Of a DNA stretch of 54,987 bases, positions 26,274 through 34,719 are shown piece after piece. The position numbers were made by a program, and so were the translations under genes. This DNA comes from Candidatus Magasanikiibacteriota bacterium (GTDB lineage Bacteria > Patescibacteriota > Patescibacteriia > Magasanikbacterales > GWA2-37-8): positions 75,428 through 130,414 of the forward strand of contig JAUSEN010000016.1 of NCBI GenBank assembly GCA_030650025.1, in the 5' to 3' direction. Below the pieces are notes generated by a model that searched no databases, had not been told where the DNA came from, and worked only from the letters and a program-made list of their open reading frames with translations. The stretch's first letter is position 1. Each line of letters opens with the position of its first letter.

Positions 26274-27527
26274 ATGCGCCTAAAATTGAATAAATTTCTT
26301 AAATATTGGCCAGTTTTTTTGGCAGTGGTAGGCCCGGGGATAATTACCGCCGTGGCGGATAATGACGCCGGGGGCGTCGCGACTTATACAGTCGCGGCGG
26401 CCATGTATGGCATGGCCTCGCAATATTTAGTGGTGCCGACGACTTTTTTACTCGCCTTGACCCAAGGGATTGGGGCGAAATTGGCTATTGTGACCGGCAA
26501 GGGTCTCGGCGCTTTAATTCGCGAAAATTACGGCGTGCGCGTGTCGGTGGTAATTTTTTTAATATATTTCGTGGTTAACCAGGGAGTCGTGCTCCAAAAT
26601 ATCAGCGGCCTCAAGGCTTCGCTCCAGCTTTTTAACGCGCCCTGGCAACTAAGTTTAATTTTAGCCTGTTTAGCGTTGACGGTTTTTGTAATTGTTTTTA
26701 ATTTTAAAAGCATTCAGCGGGTATTTTTGTTCATGATTTTGTTTTACATCGCTTACGTGGTCTCCGCTTTTTTGGCGGGCCCCAATTGGGGGCAGGCGGC
26801 GCGCGAAAGTTTTGTGTGGCCGCGTCTCGTTAATGTTTGGGACGCGCGCTATTGGTTTTCTTTAATCGCGGTTCTTGGCACCACGATCACGGCTTGGGGG
26901 CAGTTTTTTGTGGCCAGTTTTATTGTGGACAAGGGCACGCGCGCCAGCCAACTTAAAGCCGAACAGGCGGAAATTTACGGCGGCGCTTTGGTTACTAACT
27001 TCTTTTCTTGGATGATTGCGTTGTCGGTAACCTATACTTTATTCGCGCATAAAATTGTGGTGAGCAGCGCGGGCGAGGCGGCGCTCGCCATGGCGCCGTT
27101 TGCCGGAAAAATGTCATCATTTTTGTTCGCGGGCGGTCTCTTTGGAGCGTCGCTCTTGGGGCTCACGATTGTGCCCCTCGCGACCGCGTATGTGTTTACG
27201 GAAATGCTGGGGTTCGAGCGCACGCTCAATTCTAAATTTAAATCGGGCCGCCCGTTTTATATTTTTTTTATGATTCAGATTCTGATCGGCCTTCTGGCGG
27301 CGCTCCTCCCCAGCACTAATTTATTTACTTTAACTTTGTACGCTGATTTTTTGAATGGCGCGATGCTTCCGATAATCTTTTATTTTTTAATTAGATTTTC
27401 GGAGGACAAGGCGATTATGGGGGAGAGGGTGAGCGGGCGCGTCACCAGATTCATTATCCGGCTCGCGGCAATTTTAATTATTCTGGCAGTCGTGGTAACT
27501 TTTGTCGGCAAGATTTTTGGGTTGTAA
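26274..27527 (+). CDS. NRAMP-family transporter, divergent (NRAMP-related, Mg2+-type candidate)
   Basis: 417 aa with about 11 TM helices. TM1 reads GPGIITAVADNDAGGVATY where canonical NRAMPs have DPGN. TM6 reads GTTITAWGQFFVAS where canonical NRAMPs have MPH. It starts 10 nt after the MgtE_N-CBS gene. Confidence 0.8.
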   Translation: MRLKLNKFLKYWPVFLAVVGPGIITAVADNDAGGVATYTVAAAMYGMASQYLVVPTTFLLALTQGIGAKLAIVTGKGLGALIRENYGVRVSVVIFLIYFVVNQGVVLQNISGLKASLQLFNAPWQLSLILACLALTVFVIVFNFKSIQRVFLFMILFYIAYVVSAFLAGPNWGQAARESFVWPRLVNVWDARYWFSLIAVLGTTITAWGQFFVASFIVDKGTRASQLKAEQAEIYGGALVTNFFSWMIALSVTYTLFAHKIVVSSAGEAALAMAPFAGKMSSFLFAGGLFGASLLGLTIVPLATAYVFTEMLGFERTLNSKFKSGRPFYIFFMIQILIGLLAALLPSTNLFTLTLYADFLNGAMLPIIFYFLIRFSEDKAIMGERVSGRVTRFIIRLAAILIILAVVVTFVGKIFGL

Positions 27528-27545
27528 TTAAATTATTTAAAGATT

Positions 27546-28730
27546 TTATTTATTCAAGCTGGGTAAAAGATCCAGCCATTTTTCCGCGGCTAGATGCCAG
27601 CTAAATATTTTAGAGCGCTCTAAGGCCGAGTGTTTTTTTAGTTCATATAGTTTGGGGTCGGAGATAAGAGCAATTAAATTCGCAGCGATTTGCTCGGGGT
27701 GGTGTGGGTCAATGAGAAGAGCCGCGCTACCGACCACTTCTGTTAACGAAGAGCGGGCTGAAGTTATGACCGGCACTCCCAGGCTCATGGCTTCGAGCAC
27801 CGGGAAGCCGAAGCCTTCGTAAAAGCTCGGAAAAATAAAAACCTCGGACGCGGCAAAGAGGGCGGGTTTGTCACCAGCTTCGACATAACCTAAAAATTGA
27901 ATGGCAGCGTGAGAGTTCGCGAGGGCGGCGGCTCTGTAAATTTCCTTATTTTTCCACCCCGGCGCGCCAGCGATGACGAGCTTAAAATTAGCCGGTAGCT
28001 TGGGGTAAGCGGCTGAAAAGCCAGCGATTAAGCCCAGCAAATTTTTGCGCGGTTCAATGGTGCCAACACACAGGGCAAAACGCTCTGGTAAATTATATTT
28101 TTGGCGCACGGCAGTAACCGCGCGGCTCCTCGCTTCGGCGGAGACGCCTTGGAAATTTTCAAAGGCTGGGTTCTGGCCAGGAGTTAAGACGGTAATACTC
28201 TCTGGGTTGATTTGGTAATAATTTATTAAATCTTGCTTGGTGCTCTCGGAAGGCGTTAGTAAACGCGCGGCCGCTTGGCACTGTTGGCGCGGCGCGAGCA
28301 GACGGTGCCAAAGATTTTGGCGGCTGGTAAAAAACTCCGGAAATAATAAAAATGTTAAATCGTGAATCATTAAAACGTGTTTAACATTTTTGGAGCAAGC
28401 AAAAAAATTAAAATTTGGCGAATATAAAATATCTAATTTGGCGGGGCGAGGCTTGGCCTGGCGTAAAATAAATTTGTCTAAATGCGGGCGGCGCAGGAGT
28501 AAAAGCGACAGGTTTAAGAGCTTGTTAGGCCAGCGGGTCAGCACGAAATGCACGTTAGCTTGCTCCCAGGGCGGAAGAGTTTTGGTTTTGATGTCCCAAG
28601 AGTTCGCGAATAAATAATACTGATTGGTCTGGTCTCGCCCAAAAATCGCGGTGAGGAGTTCCACGGTAAATTCGCCGACGCCAGTGCGGTAGGCTTCTAC
28701 AATAGTGCGCAGGTCAATGCCGATGTTCAT
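27546..28730 (-). CDS. Glycosyltransferase family 4
   Basis: 394 aa. MNIGIDLR...GVGEF N-terminus and FPSFYEGFGFPVLEAM C-terminal motif. ATGA overlap with the upstream GT gene. Confidence 0.85.
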   Translation of the reverse strand: MNIGIDLRTIVEAYRTGVGEFTVELLTAIFGRDQTNQYYLFANSWDIKTKTLPPWEQANVHFVLTRWPNKLLNLSLLLLRRPHLDKFILRQAKPRPAKLDILYSPNFNFFACSKNVKHVLMIHDLTFLLFPEFFTSRQNLWHRLLAPRQQCQAAARLLTPSESTKQDLINYYQINPESITVLTPGQNPAFENFQGVSAEARSRAVTAVRQKYNLPERFALCVGTIEPRKNLLGLIAGFSAAYPKLPANFKLVIAGAPGWKNKEIYRAAALANSHAAIQFLGYVEAGDKPALFAASEVFIFPSFYEGFGFPVLEAMSLGVPVITSARSSLTEVVGSAALLIDPHHPEQIAANLIALISDPKLYELKKHSALERSKIFSWHLAAEKWLDLLPSLNK

Positions 28731-29866
28731 ACAGCGGCTAGGGTAGAGAGCGGAAAAGCGATTTGTTTGAGCCCCACGCGCTGTTCTTCTAGGCGTTCAG
28801 CCACATAACGTGTGATAGCTTGTTTGAAAACGGCGGAGTCAAATTGGCTGGCATGGGTTTTAATTCTAACAGGGTCCCAAGCAGTGTAATCAAAATTCGT
28901 TAGAGCCATAAATAGCGCCTCCCAGGTTTGCTCGTGGAAGAATACGCCCGTCACACCCGGGATAATAGTTTCGGTAGCGCCGCCGTCCGCGTAGGCGATG
29001 ACGGGTCGGCCGGCGGCCATGCTTTCTATGGGAGTAATGCCAAAGTCCTCGACTTGGGGGTGGATAAAAGCGCGCGCCCGCGACAGGAGCGTGGCTTTGG
29101 CTGGTTCACTGACGCGGCCGAGAAATTCAATATTGTGTTTGGCGATGTCTTTAAGATGTTCCAGCTCTGGACCAGTGCCAAAAATTTTTAAAGGCCACTT
29201 GAGGCGATTAAAAACACGAATGACTAGATCCAGCTGTTTGTAAGGCACCAAGCGGCCGCCCGTAACATAATAATCCGCTACCGATGGGCTGATGGCAAAG
29301 TCAGTAACATTTACCGGCGGGTTGATGATGGCGGAATCACGGCGGTAGTATTTTTGAATGCGGCGGCGAACCGTGTCGGAGTTGGCGATAAAATGGTCCA
29401 CGCGATCGGCGCTCATTTTATCCCAAAGCCGCAAGCGATGCAGAACGCGGGGTAGAAAGGCTTTGACTAAAGGGTTGTAGGGGAGGTCAGCGATATACTC
29501 ATGCGTGTCGTTCCATAAATAACGAGTAGGAGTGTGGCAGTAAGAAATGTGTACAGAATTAGCGCCGGTAATAACGCCTTTGGCAAAAGCGCTGGTAGAG
29601 GAGAGGACAACGTCGAAATTGTCTAACCGATGACGTTCGGTGGCGATGGGCATAAAGGGCAAATACCACTGGTAGTGCGTTTTAATAAATGGCAGGCGCG
29701 CCAAAAAAGATTCGCGCACGTCGCTCTCTTTAAAATGCTCAACTTTTTGGTGGTCGGCAAATAAAACAAAAATAGGGGCAGTAGGCCACAGCTCGTGGAA
29801 AGCTTTTAAGACGCGCTCCGCGCCGCCATCTTGCGATAAATAATCGTGGACGAGTGCGATTTTCAT
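28727..29866 (-). CDS. Glycosyltransferase family 4
   Basis: MKIALVHDYLSQDGGAERV start and the EDFGITPIESMAAGRPVIA motif. The ATG at 29866 is preferred over the track GTG at 29893. Confidence 0.85.
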   Translation of the reverse strand: MKIALVHDYLSQDGGAERVLKAFHELWPTAPIFVLFADHQKVEHFKESDVRESFLARLPFIKTHYQWYLPFMPIATERHRLDNFDVVLSSTSAFAKGVITGANSVHISYCHTPTRYLWNDTHEYIADLPYNPLVKAFLPRVLHRLRLWDKMSADRVDHFIANSDTVRRRIQKYYRRDSAIINPPVNVTDFAISPSVADYYVTGGRLVPYKQLDLVIRVFNRLKWPLKIFGTGPELEHLKDIAKHNIEFLGRVSEPAKATLLSRARAFIHPQVEDFGITPIESMAAGRPVIAYADGGATETIIPGVTGVFFHEQTWEALFMALTNFDYTAWDPVRIKTHASQFDSAVFKQAITRYVAERLEEQRVGLKQIAFPLSTLAAV

Positions 29867-29892
29867 GTTAGATAATTTTACGCTGTCAATCA

Positions 29893-29961
29893 CTTCTTCG
29901 CTTTCCTCGCGCGCGAGCGCTCGGGGTGACCCGCCTCGGGCGGGTCAAACCCGCTCAGAAG
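29893..29961. repeat. Structured repeat family E, copy 1
   Basis: Core CTCGCGCGCGAGCGCTCGGGGTGACCCGCCTCGGGCGGGTCAAACCCGCTC (29906-29956), enclosed by CTTCT/AGAAG. A second copy is at 41439-41526. Confidence 0.6.
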
Positions 29962-29985
29962 TAATTGCCAGCGTAATTTAGTTTT

Positions 29986-31407
29986 TTAAACCACGGACCC
30001 TTTTTTGGATAGAACTACAAATGGGGTTTTGATTAAAATAATCAAATCAGTTAACAGGCTCCAGTGCTCAATGTAAAAAGCGTCCAGCTTCATTTCGTCC
30101 GCGAAATCGAGGTCGCTCCGGCCCGAGACCTGGGCGAGGCCGGTGATGCCCGGTTTAATGGCGAGTACAATTTTGTGCGGCTTGCCGTACTGGTCAACTT
30201 CCCTTGGCTGGTGGGGGCGAGGGCCTACCAGGCTCATCTCACCGATAAAAACATTCCAAAATTGGGGGGTTTCGTCGAGGCTCCAGCGGCGAATAAAGCG
30301 GCCAAATGGCGTGACGCGCGGGTCGTTTTGAATTTTATAAATCGGCCCGGCTTTAACACTATTGGTTTTAATTAATTCGGCTTCGCGCTCTAGCGCCTCT
30401 TCTCCGGAAGAGCCAAACTGCGCGCCGGTAGAATCTTTTTGAAACATGGAACGAAATTTGAGAGTGAAAAATTTATGGCCATACTGCCCGACGCGTTCAT
30501 TTTTGTAAATAATCGGCCGGCCGGTTTCTATTAAAATTACTATATACACTACTAAATAAATTGGCGAGCAGATGATAAGCAGAATTAAACTACCGATTAA
30601 ATCCACTAAACGTTTAATAATGCGCCCCCAGCCGGTGAGGCGAGTGCGCCGCAGTTCAACTATGGGAATGCCGGCAATGGTTGAGACGGAGAGATTAGAG
30701 GCAATGGTCGCAAATAAGTCCGCGGAGTATTTAAAAGTTATGTGGTGGTCGTTGGCATATTCCACGGCCGCGAGAGTCTCGGCTTCGTGGGCTTTGGGGT
30801 CGGTAAAAATAATTTCATCCGGGGTAAGGGCCGCGAGTTCGGCGGCGGTGCGGTCGCTAAAATTATTGAATTGGCCAACCACGAGGTAGCCGAGGCGCGG
30901 GCTGTGCTTGAAAGTATTGATGATAGTATCGGTAACCGCGGCCGAGCCGATAATAACCACGCGGCGCAGGCCCACTCCGAGGCGAAAGAGTAGGGTTTTG
31001 AGAGCGCGCACCAAGAGCCTTCCTAAAAATACGTAAACAATGGCGATGACCCAGCTAGTTAAAACTAAAAAGCGGGAATCGAATTTTTGGAGCGTAAAAA
31101 AAACGTAAATTGTGATGCCCGCGAAGCCGGTGGAACAAGCGAGCAGGAGGCGCAAAAAGTCGCGCGCCAACTTGCGGTTGGGGTCCAGGCTATACAGGCC
31201 GGCGAAAGCGAAAATAACCACCCAGGCCGCGGCCACGACAAAAACAATTGGCCAGTATTTGTTAAAAGGCAAATTAAAAATCACGGGGCGAATGGCCACG
31301 ATTAGTTTGCTAAAGCGCAGGCTATAAGCGGTAAGGCCAGCGAGAATTAGCGCTAGATAGTCGAGCGGCACTTGGAACAAGGCAAAGGCCAATTCAAATC
31401 TCTTCAT
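29986..31407 (-). CDS. Polyprenyl-phosphate hexose-1-phosphate transferase (WbaP/exopolysaccharide priming sugar transferase family)
   Basis: 473 aa. Has N-terminal TM helices plus a C-terminal bacterial sugar transferase domain ([49 protein letters not shown]). Confidence 0.88.
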   Translation of the reverse strand: MKRFELAFALFQVPLDYLALILAGLTAYSLRFSKLIVAIRPVIFNLPFNKYWPIVFVVAAAWVVIFAFAGLYSLDPNRKLARDFLRLLLACSTGFAGITIYVFFTLQKFDSRFLVLTSWVIAIVYVFLGRLLVRALKTLLFRLGVGLRRVVIIGSAAVTDTIINTFKHSPRLGYLVVGQFNNFSDRTAAELAALTPDEIIFTDPKAHEAETLAAVEYANDHHITFKYSADLFATIASNLSVSTIAGIPIVELRRTRLTGWGRIIKRLVDLIGSLILLIICSPIYLVVYIVILIETGRPIIYKNERVGQYGHKFFTLKFRSMFQKDSTGAQFGSSGEEALEREAELIKTNSVKAGPIYKIQNDPRVTPFGRFIRRWSLDETPQFWNVFIGEMSLVGPRPHQPREVDQYGKPHKIVLAIKPGITGLAQVSGRSDLDFADEMKLDAFYIEHWSLLTDLIILIKTPFVVLSKKGSVV

Positions 31408-31566
31408 ATTTATATGGGGTTATTTTAGGCTAAAAACTGCTCGGCGTCAATGTGACGAGGCGAGAGTTTGGAATGGTAATAAAAAGGCCAGAAAGGAGGG
31501 CTAAAAGGGTGGTAAGTTTCCAGTTTTTTATTTGACCACAACCTTATTTCCTGATAGTTTAGAGTT

Positions 31567-32154
31567 ATGTTTACCGGTATAATCGCGCATAAAACCAAGA
31601 TAGTAGCCGCGCACCAGGCGGGCGGTGATTTAAAGCTAGCTTTAGCAAAGCCGGCTAGTTTAAAATTAAAATTGGGCGATTCGGTAGCCGTGAATGGCGT
31701 TTGTTTAACGGTGGATAATTTGAAGAGAAATAACACGGCCGAGTTTTTGCTCATGCCTGAAACGCTTAATAAAACAATTTTTGGGAAAAATTTTGTGAAA
31801 TTAATTGGCCAAGAAGTTAATGTGGAATTGCCCCTGAAATACAGGCAACGGATGGGCGGGCATTTTGTGCTTGGGCATGTTGATGGGGTGGGTAAAATCG
31901 TGAAGATTATAAAAAAAGGCCAGACCAAAGTTTTGGTAATCAATTATCCCCAGCAATTTAAAAAATTATTAGTTAATAAAGGTTCGGTAGCGATTGATGG
32001 CGTCAGTTTGACCGTGGCTAGTTTAGCGCCAAATAGTTTCTCGGTTTCGCTAGTCAATTATACTCTAAAACGCACAGCGTTTAATAAGAAGAAAGCAGGA
32101 GATTTAGTTAATCTAGAGTTTGATATTTTAGGAAAATATATTTTGAATAAATAA
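31567..32154 (+). CDS. ribE: Riboflavin synthase (alpha chain)
   Basis: Starts MFTGII. Two lumazine-binding repeats are present (GDSVAVNGVCLTV and GSVAIDGVSLTV). Confidence 0.9.
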   Translation: MFTGIIAHKTKIVAAHQAGGDLKLALAKPASLKLKLGDSVAVNGVCLTVDNLKRNNTAEFLLMPETLNKTIFGKNFVKLIGQEVNVELPLKYRQRMGGHFVLGHVDGVGKIVKIIKKGQTKVLVINYPQQFKKLLVNKGSVAIDGVSLTVASLAPNSFSVSLVNYTLKRTAFNKKKAGDLVNLEFDILGKYILNK

Positions 32155-32161
32155 AAGAAAA

Positions 32162-32213
32162 TTGCGCCGCGCTTCAGTAGACGTCGCGCGGCATGATTTC
32201 GTCAAATCATATG
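32162..32213 (+). promoter_or_regulatory. Double-hairpin leader element, copy B (family D), ending at the probable ribH start codon
   Basis: TTGCGCCGCGCTTCAGTAGACGTCGCGCGGCATGATTTCGTCAAATCATATG. See copy A at 14305-14356. Confidence 0.55.
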
Positions 32214-32693
32214 CTAAAAGCAGAACTTGGTAAATTTAAAAAGTTTGATGCGAAAAATTATAAAGTAGGGATTGTGGCGGCACAATTTAATGCTGATATT
32301 ACCACCGAACTTTTGAAATTTGCCAAGAAAATGCTGACCGCATATCGAGTGCTGCCAAAAAATATTGAAATAGTTTATGTGCCAGGGAGTGTGGAAATTC
32401 CGGTGGTGCTTCAGGCCATGGCCGAGAAAAGAATCGGGAAGGGGAGTGGTAAAAATAAGTATGATTGTTTAGTGGCGCTTGGGGCCGTGATTAGGGGCGA
32501 GACCACGCATTATGATTATGTTTGTAAAATGGTGAGTGAGGGCGTGATGCGCGTGGCGCTAGATTATAATATTCCAGTGGGTTTTGGGGTGCTGACAGTA
32601 GAAAATAAGAAACAAGCCAGGGAGAGACTGGGAGTAGGCGGTGGGGCGGTTGAGGCGGCGCTTCAGACGGCAAAAATAATTCAAGAATTATAA
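32211..32693 (+). CDS. ribH: 6,7-dimethyl-8-ribityllumazine synthase
   Basis: KVGIVAAQFNADIT, VPGSVEIP and LGAVIRGETTHYDYV are typical of the family. The ATG at 32211 is preferred; the track start at 32193 lies in the repeat. Confidence 0.9.
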   Translation: MLKAELGKFKKFDAKNYKVGIVAAQFNADITTELLKFAKKMLTAYRVLPKNIEIVYVPGSVEIPVVLQAMAEKRIGKGSGKNKYDCLVALGAVIRGETTHYDYVCKMVSEGVMRVALDYNIPVGFGVLTVENKKQARERLGVGGGAVEAALQTAKIIQEL

Positions 32694-32700
32694 GTTTGTT

Positions 32701-32812
32701 TGTCATTCCAACGACGAAGCCTGCCCGACACGCTGACGCGAGTCATGCGGGCGAGGAGGAATCTCTCTCACAATTATCAGACAGGGATCTCTCCTGCGAC
32801 GTCGAGATGACA
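32701..32812. repeat. MITE-like composite element with TGTCAT termini (family F)
   Basis: The left end TGTCATTCCAACGACGAAG and the reverse complement of the right end TGTCATCTCGACGTCGCAG are similar. The element has internal GC hairpins. It is related to the hairpin at 46934-46970. Confidence 0.45.
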
Positions 32813-32843
32813 TATAAAAAATATTTATTAATTTATTAGGTTT

Positions 32844-33605
32844 ATGAGGAGGGTAGGGTTATTAGTAATAATAGTGTTAGTGGTTGGCCTCGGGATTTAT
32901 TTAAACCGTGGCTACGCGCATTTTTTTAATGTAATTGGTATGTATGAAAATGTGTTGATACCGCCGAGCTGGGAAAACCCGGTAACAGTTGGAGAAAATA
33001 ATAAGAAGCAGGCGCCTGCTATTACTTACGTAGCGCTCGGCGACAGCCTCACGGCTGGTACGGGAGTAAGCAATATCGAAGCTACGTATCCATATAAAAT
33101 AGCGAGCGCTTTGGCGGCTCAAGAAGGTAGAGCAGTAAATTTGTTTAATTTAGCAGTTTCCGGAGCCACATCACTTGATTTGTTAGAAAACCAAGCCGGG
33201 AATCTTAAGGATTTAAAGCCAGATATTGTGACTATTTTAATAGGGGTTAACGATGTTCACGCCGTGGGAATAAGGATTGGCCAGTTTAGAGCCAATTTAG
33301 AAAAAATTATTGATCTTGCTAAAGCGGCGCGCCCAAAAAAAATCGTGGTCGGGACAGTGCCCTTTATTGGCAGTAAAAATATTTTATGGCCACCGTATGA
33401 CAAATATTTCGCGGCGCAAAGCCGGCGTTATAGCGAAGTAGTCCGAGAAATAGCGAGCAAAAATGGGGTAACGGCGGCGGATTTTAGCGAGACATTTGAT
33501 AAAAAATGGCGTGAGAGTGATTATTACGCCGAAGACAATTTTCATTTAAACGAAGATGGCCATAATATTTTAGCTAATATTTTTTATGCATCCTTTAATT
33601 GGTAG
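32844..33605 (+). CDS. SGNH/GDSL hydrolase family protein with N-terminal anchor
   Basis: Block I VALGDSLTAGTG, block III GVNDV and block V-like DNFHLNEDGH. Has an N-terminal TM/signal helix. Confidence 0.8.
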   Translation: MRRVGLLVIIVLVVGLGIYLNRGYAHFFNVIGMYENVLIPPSWENPVTVGENNKKQAPAITYVALGDSLTAGTGVSNIEATYPYKIASALAAQEGRAVNLFNLAVSGATSLDLLENQAGNLKDLKPDIVTILIGVNDVHAVGIRIGQFRANLEKIIDLAKAARPKKIVVGTVPFIGSKNILWPPYDKYFAAQSRRYSEVVREIASKNGVTAADFSETFDKKWRESDYYAEDNFHLNEDGHNILANIFYASFNW

Positions 33606-34719
33606 CGCGAGCGAACAAACTTGGCTTGTGGTTTTCGCCATGGTGATTTATTTTTTGGTTACAGTCAAACCTAGGGATAGCGGGTTATTTACCAAAGAAG
33701 TAACGGCCAGTGTTAAAGGCGTGGCAATTTTATTGATTATTTTTGGGCACGTGGGTTATTTTTTTATTAGCGACCACGCGTTTTTACCGCCCTTGTCTAA
33801 TTTTAGCGGCATTGGCGTTGACATGTTTTTATTAGTTTCGGGAATGGGTTTGATGCTTAGTAGCCTCAAGTCGCCACTCACTATTTGGCAATTTTATAAA
33901 CGGAGATTAAGTAAAGTTTATATACCGGTTTTAATTTCAATGGCCCTGCTTTTGATTTTGGATTTTTTAATTTTAAATAAAACTTACCCGCTGGGTTTGA
34001 CGATTAAAAATATTTTCGGTATTTTTCCGCAAGCGGATATTTTTAACGATATAAATTCGCCCTTGTGGTTTATCACGCCGCTTTTGGTTTATTACTTAAT
34101 TTGGCCGCTAGTATTTTCGCGCCGAGCGCCTTGGATTTTGCCAGTGATTTTTTTTGGGTTAGGGTATGCGCAAGCGAGCGATCAATTTTTAGGCAGACTG
34201 CCAATTGCCAGCGGTGTGTATGGCCTGTACCAGGTGCATGCCTCCCCGTTCGTAGTCGGAACGCTATTGGGTTTTTGTGTTTGGCATTTAAATAGATGGT
34301 ACGAGAATCACGGGCGGGCGTTAGTGGAAAGCCATAGGAAATTATTTTTTTACGGGTATCGTTTGTTATTAATTTTAGCCGGGGCGGGGCTCTGGCTCAC
34401 TCTCATGAGTGTGGACGTGAATAGCCGTTGGCAGGAGGTGGCGTTTTTTAGTTTATTATCCAGCGTCATGGCAGTATTATTTGTGGCAATATTGCCTGTT
34501 GAGGTCGGCGCTCTGGTTAAGCTTGGCGCGGCGTCGTTTTTCTTGTATGTTATTCATACGCCGCTCATGACGCGTTTTGATTTCTTGTTTCGATTTTTGC
34601 CGAGCGGCCTAGCTTTGGTTGTGTACCTGGCTGGCTTAATGGTATTATGGAGGTTATATTTGAGGTGGCGGGAGCGGCGGTTGTTAAAAAAAATTGATAA
34701 TCACCAAAATTACCTATGA
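33586..34719 (+). CDS. Acyltransferase family 3 (AT3) integral membrane protein
   Basis: About 10 TM helices, with a VKGVAILLIIFGHV motif near the N-terminus. Overlaps the SGNH gene by 20 nt; an alternative start is at 33640. Confidence 0.78.
   Translation: MHPLIGSASEQTWLVVFAMVIYFLVTVKPRDSGLFTKEVTASVKGVAILLIIFGHVGYFFISDHAFLPPLSNFSGIGVDMFLLVSGMGLMLSSLKSPLTIWQFYKRRLSKVYIPVLISMALLLILDFLILNKTYPLGLTIKNIFGIFPQADIFNDINSPLWFITPLLVYYLIWPLVFSRRAPWILPVIFFGLGYAQASDQFLGRLPIASGVYGLYQVHASPFVVGTLLGFCVWHLNRWYENHGRALVESHRKLFFYGYRLLLILAGAGLWLTLMSVDVNSRWQEVAFFSLLSSVMAVLFVAILPVEVGALVKLGAASFFLYVIHTPLMTRFDFLFRFLPSGLALVVYLAGLMVLWRLYLRWRERRLLKKIDNHQNYL

Noticed and set aside
31408-31566. Possible FMN riboswitch upstream of ribE
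   Set aside because: I compared the 160 nt with the FMN (RFN) element consensus, which has conserved GGGCAGGGTGAAATTCCC and GGATGGGAGA-type blocks. I found no match. A promoter-like pair sits directly at the ATG instead.
31425-31943. 172-aa minus-strand ORF overlapping ribE
   Set aside because: It is antisense to a clear riboflavin synthase gene (MFTGII..., duplicated lumazine-binding repeats) and has no family resemblance.
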